A stretch of DNA of 64,000 bases from an uncultured delta proteobacterium (GTDB lineage: Bacteria; Desulfobacterota; Binatia; UBA9968): NCBI GenBank assembly GCA_963737905.1, contig CAVTUQ010000002.1, positions 544,001-608,000 of the forward strand, read 5' to 3'. Shown piece after piece: positions 57,439 through 64,000 of this stretch; the stretch's first letter is position 1; each line of letters starts with the position of its first letter. Below the pieces are notes generated by a model. The model ran no database searches. It saw only the letters and a list, made by a program, of their open reading frames with translations, and had not been told where the DNA came from. The translations under genes and the position numbers were made by a program.

Positions 57439-60006
57439 CTACGTCGTACGTTTTGGGTCGTTGGTCGGCATTGTTTCGGGGACTGGCGCAGGTTCGATTC
57501 CAAGCTGGGCGGCGGCAAGCGCAGCGGCTTCGGCCTGGGCTCGTGCGTCTGCTGACTCTTGAGCGGCTCTGCTCGCAATCGCTTCTGCCTCACGAAGGGC
57601 TGCTTCGGCTTCGGTCGCCTCGCCTGCGGTCTTCGCGGACTCCAGCTCGCGCAGCTTTTTTTGTGCTGCTTCCGCCAACCCTAACGCTTCCCGTTCCGCC
57701 TCCAGTGCTTGCGTCTCCGCCTCCTTGGCGGCGTCCAGCGCAACCGTGATCTCCGCTAATTTTCCCTCGTCCGGCCCAGCACTCAGATCAATATCCTCGG
57801 TTGCCAGAGTGAGCGCTACGATCGGTAGCCGTTTGACCAAAGTGTTTAGGCCCACTTGATCTCCCAGCGGCGTTAGCAGATGTAACTCTCGGAAGCGCAG
57901 CGGAAAGAAAACCAGGCCAGCCGCTTCGGAATGCTTTACCACCCGATCCGCATTCACATCAAAAACCACTTCCGGCTCCGCATCGATGCGAACGTCCTGC
58001 AGCACATGCCGAACTCGCTCGAGACTTTTTTCTTCGGCTTCCCTCGAGCTGGGAACTAGAACCTTAATTTTCGCTCCACTCCATCGCTCGCTGCGCGTCA
58101 TTAAGTAGGCAAGAAGAAGCATCAGATGACTCGTCCGGTCTCCCCACCACCAGATGTCTATTCTGAGATCCGAAGCCGGCAAGCCCTCCACGCGTGACCA
58201 TTCCTCTTCCTCAGCGTCGAAAACAACAACATTGCAGCGTAACCGAATCGCCTCTTGAAGTTCGCGCCCATAACGAATTCGCGCTTCGTTTTCTTCCAGC
58301 TCGAGAATCTGATCCACACGGTTTAGCAAAACCATGTTGGCCCGGATGTTGCCAACACCAAAGGACTGGATCAGAGTCTCAACGCCGACGCGGAAATCGG
58401 GCGCAACGACGACGCGAGAAAACACCTCCAGCTCACTCTCGGCAATATAGCCCCTTAGCTCATCGTCGGTTTTCGCGCGAAGGAGGAAGCTTTTCTCATC
58501 GTCCCCTTCGATAACCTTGACGGCGGTGGTAAGCCCGCTGCCTCCTTCGATCCACGACGCGAACCTCAAAAGCCGCTCGCACCGAGATGGATCGTCGCAG
58601 AAAGCAAGAATACACGGACGCCAATCGCGGGGATGCTCCGTCTCGGGCCCGATCGCGACGAGATTTTCACGCACGAGCTGAAAATAATAGGATCGCCGGC
58701 TATCCGCCCAGCGAGCCGGTCCGGCTGTGCGCCTGAGATACTGATGAATCGCGAAGAGCACTGCGACCGCGACCCCGCTGGCCGGCGGATCGATAGCGAT
58801 CATGGCTCCCAGAGCACCGAGCGCTCCGAGGAGACTCAAGCGCGCATGAAAGAAGCGAAAGCGCGGGCGGAAAGACGGGCTTGCCGCCCGCGCTTCGTAA
58901 AACGTCGCATAGTTCAGCAAGGCGTAGGTGATCAAAAAAAACATCGAAACCACTGAGGCAATGAAATTCAAATTCCCCAAGGAAATAGTCACCATCGCGA
59001 TCGCTCCGGAAAGCAGCACCGCACGCCTCGGATTTGCGTTTGGACCTACCCCATGAGCAAAAGGCATGAGCAGCGGAAAGATCCGGTCCCGGGCCAGAGA
59101 TTGAAGAATCCGTGGCGCGCCGAGAAAAGAGGCCATCGCGGAGGACAACGTTCCTGCGATGAGACCGGCATCGATGAGCCAATCGAGTGTCGCTACCCGT
59201 TTCATTGAATGGTAATCGTTGACGAGAATGGAACCGGGGAGGCTCCCCGCAAACAAAACCGCCGCGCCGAAGTATACAAGCAACGACAACCCCACGGCGG
59301 CGAAAGTTCCCGCCGGCAGGCTCTTTCCCGGGTCTCTGAGATCACCGGACATATTGACTCCCTGAGTAAAGCCTGTAATGGCCGGAAAAAAAATCGCGAA
59401 CAGGACCCAAAACCCGAGATCCGGACCGGAGCCGTGCCAATTTCGGGCAAGGAGAGCGCTGTCCCAATGAAAAAAACCGCCATAAAAAAAGGACACGAGC
59501 GCCGCCCCGACGACGCTCATAATCAAAAACTGCAGACGCGTCGCCCAATCCGCTCCGAGCCAGGCAAAGATAAAGAGAAAGGCCACGGCGAGGCTGGCAA
59601 TGATCGGGCCTGACAACTTCCAGGCACCTGGCAGCATCGCATTAAGAGCTTCGGCAAAGCCGACGCTGTAAAATGCAATCGAGACCGAATCGGCGAGGAA
59701 CAAAACGATGCCGATGGCACCCCCAAATTCTACTCCGAGGGTGCGCGAGATCAGGTAGTAATCGCCGCCGCCTTTGACTTTGATATTGGTCGCCACGGCA
59801 GACAACGATATCGCGGTCAAGATCGCGATGGCGCCAGACAGCCCGATAATGAGCAAAGCGCGCCCCAGACCGGCGCTCCCGACCACAAAACCGAGGCGGA
59901 GAAACAGAATGATTCCCAGAATTGTGAGAATGCTCGGCGTAAATACGCCGGCAAAAGTACCAAGGCCATTATGAGATGTGGAGTTAGATGGATTTGGCAT
60001 GGCCAT
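57439..60006 (-). CDS. SLC12-like cation-chloride cotransporter / amino acid permease with cytoplasmic C-terminal domain
   Basis: GTFAGVFTPSILTILGIILFLR, GGGDYYLISRTLG, FFPAITG..MSGDL, WRPCIL; Ala/Glu-rich tail. Confidence 0.88.
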   Translation of the reverse strand: MAMPNPSNSTSHNGLGTFAGVFTPSILTILGIILFLRLGFVVGSAGLGRALLIIGLSGAIAILTAISLSAVATNIKVKGGGDYYLISRTLGVEFGGAIGIVLFLADSVSIAFYSVGFAEALNAMLPGAWKLSGPIIASLAVAFLFIFAWLGADWATRLQFLIMSVVGAALVSFFYGGFFHWDSALLARNWHGSGPDLGFWVLFAIFFPAITGFTQGVNMSGDLRDPGKSLPAGTFAAVGLSLLVYFGAAVLFAGSLPGSILVNDYHSMKRVATLDWLIDAGLIAGTLSSAMASFLGAPRILQSLARDRIFPLLMPFAHGVGPNANPRRAVLLSGAIAMVTISLGNLNFIASVVSMFFLITYALLNYATFYEARAASPSFRPRFRFFHARLSLLGALGALGAMIAIDPPASGVAVAVLFAIHQYLRRTAGPARWADSRRSYYFQLVRENLVAIGPETEHPRDWRPCILAFCDDPSRCERLLRFASWIEGGSGLTTAVKVIEGDDEKSFLLRAKTDDELRGYIAESELEVFSRVVVAPDFRVGVETLIQSFGVGNIRANMVLLNRVDQILELEENEARIRYGRELQEAIRLRCNVVVFDAEEEEWSRVEGLPASDLRIDIWWWGDRTSHLMLLLAYLMTRSERWSGAKIKVLVPSSREAEEKSLERVRHVLQDVRIDAEPEVVFDVNADRVVKHSEAAGLVFFPLRFRELHLLTPLGDQVGLNTLVKRLPIVALTLATEDIDLSAGPDEGKLAEITVALDAAKEAETQALEAEREALGLAEAAQKKLRELESAKTAGEATEAEAALREAEAIASRAAQESADARAQAEAAALAAAQLGIEPAPVPETMPTNDPKRTT

Positions 60007-60116
60007 CGACGGGCCCCTTCGGCTGAGAGTTCAAACAGCGCAATACTATCAAATCGAGCTGGCTACCAACTGGAGCGCAAAGATTCAAAAGGACAATCGA
60101 AATGGCAGATCTCGAA

Positions 60117-60278
60117 TCACCGTTTCACAATCAGTACCGGGCACGAGGCATAACGCAACGTTCTCTCGGCGACGCTCCCAAGGACCAGCCGCTTGAGGCC
60201 CGTACGGCCATGACTGCCCATGACGATCATCGAAGCACTTGATTCTTTGGCCTGCTTTGCGATCGCCCTGGCTGGATC
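60117..60278 (-). pseudogene. USP C-terminal remnant
   Basis: DPARAIAKQAKESSASMIVMGSHGRTGLKRLVLGSVAERTLRYASCPVLIVKR, starting at the ClC stop. Confidence 0.78.
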
Positions 60279-62073
60279 AATCCCGGTATAATTCGGCGGC
60301 CTCCACTATAGCATCGGCGAGTTCTTGCTTGGTGATGATTCCTTTCACCTTCTCGGCCGAAGGCGGGGAGCCGGCACCATCGATAACGAGAACGATGGAA
60401 GCCCTTGTGGCATGCAGCCTATCGATGATTTCGGCCAACGTGGTTTGCTCGTTGGCGGTCATGAAATCCCGAGCCGCGATTTCCCCCAGTTTAACTGCGG
60501 TTCTATCATGCCGGAACGCTTGGAGTGCGGTATCGCGGTTGAGGAAACCAACGACTCGATTGTCATTCTCAACCAGAAAGCATGAGATCGCCGGTTGTGC
60601 CAAGACTGCGCTCGCCAGTTCGTCAAGCGCCCCGTTGGCGGGCAAGGTTCCGACTTGTGTCACCATCATTTGCTTCGCGCGTTTCACCAGGTGCGGGTTA
60701 GTGCGCAATGCTTCCGGAAGGTAGTGGCCGCGCAGGGTGAGTTTCATGGTGTAAATGCTGTCCTGCAAGAACATCTTTCTCACCCCGTAACTGATCGCCA
60801 CCACGATGGTTATCGGAAGGATAACGTTGTAATCGAGGGTCATCTCGAAGATCATCACGATGGCCGCCATCGCCGCGCCGGTTGAGCCACCGACCAACCC
60901 CGCCATCCCGGCGACGGCAAAAGCCGGCGGACTGATCTCCAACCCGGGAAAGAGCCCTTCAAAGATCATCCCATACGCGGTTCCAAGGGTCGCCCCTAAA
61001 AACAGCGCGGGCGAAAAGATGCCTCCCGAAGCCCCCGATCCCAGGGTCAGCGAGGTTGCCAGCAGTTTCAACACGAATAGGAGCAGCACGAGGTACAACG
61101 GAAACTTGGCACCGGCAAGGACATCCTGGACGGTGGCATAGCTCACGCCTTCGATATAGTAATGACCGAAGGTTGTCATTAACAGATAGATCATGATCCC
61201 GACCAACAACATGCCGAGGATATGTTGCCTGTAATAACTGCCTCTCACCCGCTTTTCGAAAACATCCTCGCAGCCGTATATGGCCTTGATGAACACCGTC
61301 GCAACCACCCCCATGATTATTCCCAGACCCGCGTAGGCCAGTAGCACCAGAGGCCTAGTAACATGGAAGTAGGGGGTTTGCAGCGTCGGAATCACAAAGG
61401 ACGGAGTCGTGCCGAAGTACAAGCGGCCCACATAAGTCGCCGTCACCGTGGCGATGGCGACGGGCACAATCGTCCGCGCGCTGACCTCATGCAGCATCAA
61501 TTCCAGCACAAACAGCAATCCGCCAACGGGGGTGTTGAATGTCGCAGCGATGCCGCCGCCTGCGCCGCAAGCGATCAGCACGATGCGCTGCCAAGCCGGC
61601 ACGTACAACAGCTGGCCGACTGCCGACCCAAACGATGAGCCGATCTGGATGATCGGCCCCTCGCGGCCCACCGAGCCGCCGCTGCCGATGGACAGCGCCG
61701 AGGCGAGCGATTTAATCAACGCCACGACCGGTCGAATTTTGCCTTGGTGATAGTAAATGGCGTCCATCACTTCCGGCACGCCGTGACCCTTGGCCTCCGG
61801 CGCAAAGTTTTTCACGAGAAACGCTACACCCACCGCGCCCACAACCGGCACAAGAATAACGAACACGCCCCACGGGCTGGGTGGCGTGTGCACGTTGGCG
61901 TCATAAACCCACGACAATTTTCCTAGGAACAAAAGATTGTGGATAATCGCAATCAAACCGCGGAACACCACCGCCCCAAATCCCGCCACCACCCCGACCA
62001 CCACCGACAACAGCGAAATTTGCAATTGCGTAAGCGATCGAGTCTGCGGGTAATTTTGTCGGTCTGCCGCCAT
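60277..62073 (-). CDS. ClC chloride channel/antiporter with CBS domains
   Basis: GHGVPEV, GREGP (gating Glu), GGIFSP, SIY; C-terminal CBS pair. Confidence 0.94.
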   Translation of the reverse strand: MAADRQNYPQTRSLTQLQISLLSVVVGVVAGFGAVVFRGLIAIIHNLLFLGKLSWVYDANVHTPPSPWGVFVILVPVVGAVGVAFLVKNFAPEAKGHGVPEVMDAIYYHQGKIRPVVALIKSLASALSIGSGGSVGREGPIIQIGSSFGSAVGQLLYVPAWQRIVLIACGAGGGIAATFNTPVGGLLFVLELMLHEVSARTIVPVAIATVTATYVGRLYFGTTPSFVIPTLQTPYFHVTRPLVLLAYAGLGIIMGVVATVFIKAIYGCEDVFEKRVRGSYYRQHILGMLLVGIMIYLLMTTFGHYYIEGVSYATVQDVLAGAKFPLYLVLLLFVLKLLATSLTLGSGASGGIFSPALFLGATLGTAYGMIFEGLFPGLEISPPAFAVAGMAGLVGGSTGAAMAAIVMIFEMTLDYNVILPITIVVAISYGVRKMFLQDSIYTMKLTLRGHYLPEALRTNPHLVKRAKQMMVTQVGTLPANGALDELASAVLAQPAISCFLVENDNRVVGFLNRDTALQAFRHDRTAVKLGEIAARDFMTANEQTTLAEIIDRLHATRASIVLVIDGAGSPPSAEKVKGIITKQELADAIVEAAELYRD

Positions 62074-62208
62074 AAAGATCTTGATCCGATGCGACAGCTG
62101 CGGGATGCTAAAGCTGCCGGCCCAACCAATTCAAGCGCGGATGAAACTGGCACCTTCTTACTCGGCTACTTTAAATACTACTACTTAGCCGCTCGATCTG
62201 CGGTATCC

Positions 62209-62700
62209 TTATGTTTTCGAAGATTCCTTGTCAGTAGGACGAATCGAAAGTACCGGGCAAGCGGCTAGTCGCACTACGTTCTCCGTTACGCTTCCGATTA
62301 AAAGGTGACGCAGACCGCTTCTTCCATGCGTAGACATCATAATCATATCAACCTCTTCCACGGCAGCCTTCTCCACTATCATTTTGTAAGGAATCCCGAT
62401 TCCAACTTCCTGTCGAATCTTAAGACCCGAAAGCGCATCTGAGAAATTTTCAATGAGATATCTATCTACATCTCGCTTACGCTTCTGGATCAGCTCCTGA
62501 ATTTCTTCACTGCTCTCGCCACTCGCCACCCATTGTTCCGCGCCGTGGTGTACCGGGAATTCCGCATCTTCGTAGGAAATTACATGATAGACAATAACTT
62601 CAGCTCCACAAGCTTGGGCCGTCTCAAGCGCGAAGCGGATACCCGGTCGAGCCAAATTGGAAAGATCGGTGGGTGCGAGGATTTTTTTTATTTGCTTCAT
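62209..62700 (-). CDS. Universal stress protein
   Basis: KKILAPTDLS, MSTHGRSG..IGSVTENVVR..CPVL. Confidence 0.92.
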   Translation of the reverse strand: MKQIKKILAPTDLSNLARPGIRFALETAQACGAEVIVYHVISYEDAEFPVHHGAEQWVASGESSEEIQELIQKRKRDVDRYLIENFSDALSGLKIRQEVGIGIPYKMIVEKAAVEEVDMIMMSTHGRSGLRHLLIGSVTENVVRLAACPVLSIRPTDKESSKT

Positions 62701-63055
62701 GATTGGCTCCTGTCTGTTGCATCCCTGTTTTCTCAATTTGAGACCCGCCAGAAATGATTGATTCAGGTCCTGAATTCGGTAGCCGGCAGGTCTTGCACGA
62801 TCATTCACGAAAAACCACAGCAGGGCAAACTCCTTTGCCGACTGTAAATCCCTTGACTGTTTAATGGCCACGGCTTCCGGCGCGTTCTCGCTGATGCTAC
62901 GGGTAAAGACCACTGTGTTCACCCGGTGATGGCCGCCAATCTCACCGGAACACCCAGCCGAAGTCGCGGAAGGAAATGATGATTCCCAATTCACTGCCCG
63001 AGTTGCGGGAGAAGTGTTGACGATTGATGCGCTCATGTCGAGCCTTTGATGTCGG

Positions 63056-63931
63056 TCACTTGGTGAGGAGCTTGCGGATGGACTGCAGTTCCTTGCGATG
63101 GCTCTTGTCTGGTTTCGGATAGCTCATCTTCAAGCTGTCGATCGTGTCAAGAATCACCTGCGAAATGATCAGCCGGGCGTTTTCTTTGTCGTCGGCAGGC
63201 ACGACATACCACGGAGCGGTCTGAGTGCTCGTCGCCGTCAGGCAAGCCTCGTAGGCGCGCTGGTACTCTTGCCATAACTCGCGTTCTTTGATGTCCGCCT
63301 GGCTGAATTTCCAGTTCTTTTGCGGATCGTCAATCCGAGCCAGGAATCTTAGGCGCTGTTCGTCCTTCGAGAGGTGCAGGAAGAACTTGATGATCCGCGT
63401 GCCGTTGGCATGGAGATGTTTTTCCATGTCAACAATCGAACGATACCGGTATTTCCAGAGCTTGTCGTCATTGAAGGTTTCGTCCGGCAAATCCTGCCCG
63501 CGCAGAATCTCCGGATGCACCCGCACGATCAACACCTCTTCGTAGTAGGAGCGGTTGAAAATGCCAATGCGGCCCCGCTCCGGCAGACACCGGGTTGTGC
63601 GCCAAAGAAAATCATGTTCCAACTCTTGGGCACTGGGGTGCTTGAAGCTGAACACCTGGCAGCCCTGGGGATTGACGCCAGACATCACATGTTTGATCGC
63701 GCCATCCTTGCCCGCCGCATCCATCGCCTGAAAAATCAGGAGCAACGCGTAGCGGTTGTACGCATACAACACGCTTTGCCGATCGCTCAGTTTCTCCACG
63801 TGATCAACTAGCATCTTCACGTAGTGCTTCTTCGACCTGTAAAAGGGCTTCACAAGCGTCGGCCACTTTTTGAGCTTGACCTTTTCGCCTTCCTGCACAC
63901 AGAAATCCTTTGATTTGATTTTCATCTTCAT
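63056..63931 (-). CDS. ppk2: Polyphosphate kinase 2 family (class III-like)
   Basis: [11 protein letters not shown] Walker [26 protein letters not shown]. Confidence 0.94.
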   Translation of the reverse strand: MKMKIKSKDFCVQEGEKVKLKKWPTLVKPFYRSKKHYVKMLVDHVEKLSDRQSVLYAYNRYALLLIFQAMDAAGKDGAIKHVMSGVNPQGCQVFSFKHPSAQELEHDFLWRTTRCLPERGRIGIFNRSYYEEVLIVRVHPEILRGQDLPDETFNDDKLWKYRYRSIVDMEKHLHANGTRIIKFFLHLSKDEQRLRFLARIDDPQKNWKFSQADIKERELWQEYQRAYEACLTATSTQTAPWYVVPADDKENARLIISQVILDTIDSLKMSYPKPDKSHRKELQSIRKLLTK

Positions 63932-64000
63932 CTCTACGTTGTCACACGATGCGGGGGTTGGGCTTCGCACTCATGGCGCTCAGGAGGAGGTTGACCGAGC

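Noticed and set aside
60147-60200. GCATAAC as the start of an attC
   Set aside because: It lies within the USP remnant coding sequence and has no partner GTTRRRY hairpin.

Overview
GC-rich bacterial chromosomal window, almost entirely accessory or catabolic. There is no rRNA, tRNA or CRISPR array. The gene repertoire (many amidohydrolase-2 paralogs, NMT1/THI5-type solute-binding proteins, MetE-II-like paralogs, Rieske oxygenase, cupins) and the intergenic palindromic repeats resemble Candidatus Binatia/Deltaproteobacteria-type genomes; this assignment is inference only. Left to right: (1) operon of gentisate-dioxygenase-like cupin, heme-oxygenase-like diiron protein, SBP and molybdo-hydroxylase large subunit, running off the left edge; (2) GtrA-GT39 and GT9 glycosyltransferases, vapBC, doubly frameshifted treZ, PagL-like barrel; (3) amidohydrolases, ferritin-like protein, Kef-type antiporter, SBP, bicupin, ggt, HD protein; (4) three tandem cobalamin-independent methionine synthase II / epoxyalkane:CoM transferase-like genes; (5) a Rieske oxygenase and a dihydrodiol-dehydrogenase-like gene, separated by a ~6.5-kb island bounded by ~170-bp direct repeats. 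The island holds two IS91-type remnants, an attC-like site, HEPN/Zn-ribbon and PD-(D/E)xK-like cargo genes, and a complete IS3 inserted into the right repeat; (6) second vapBC, LLM oxidoreductase, D-aminoacylase-like, ackA, adenosine kinase, USP, flavoprotein, cupin, rnd, Ddn-type protein; (7) orphan CAP12-type TIR gene, IS4 with 9-bp TSD, SLC12-like cotransporter, ClC-CBS, USP and ppk2. At least eight frameshifts and several truncated stress-gene remnants are visible. All family calls come from motif recognition by eye, not from database searches.
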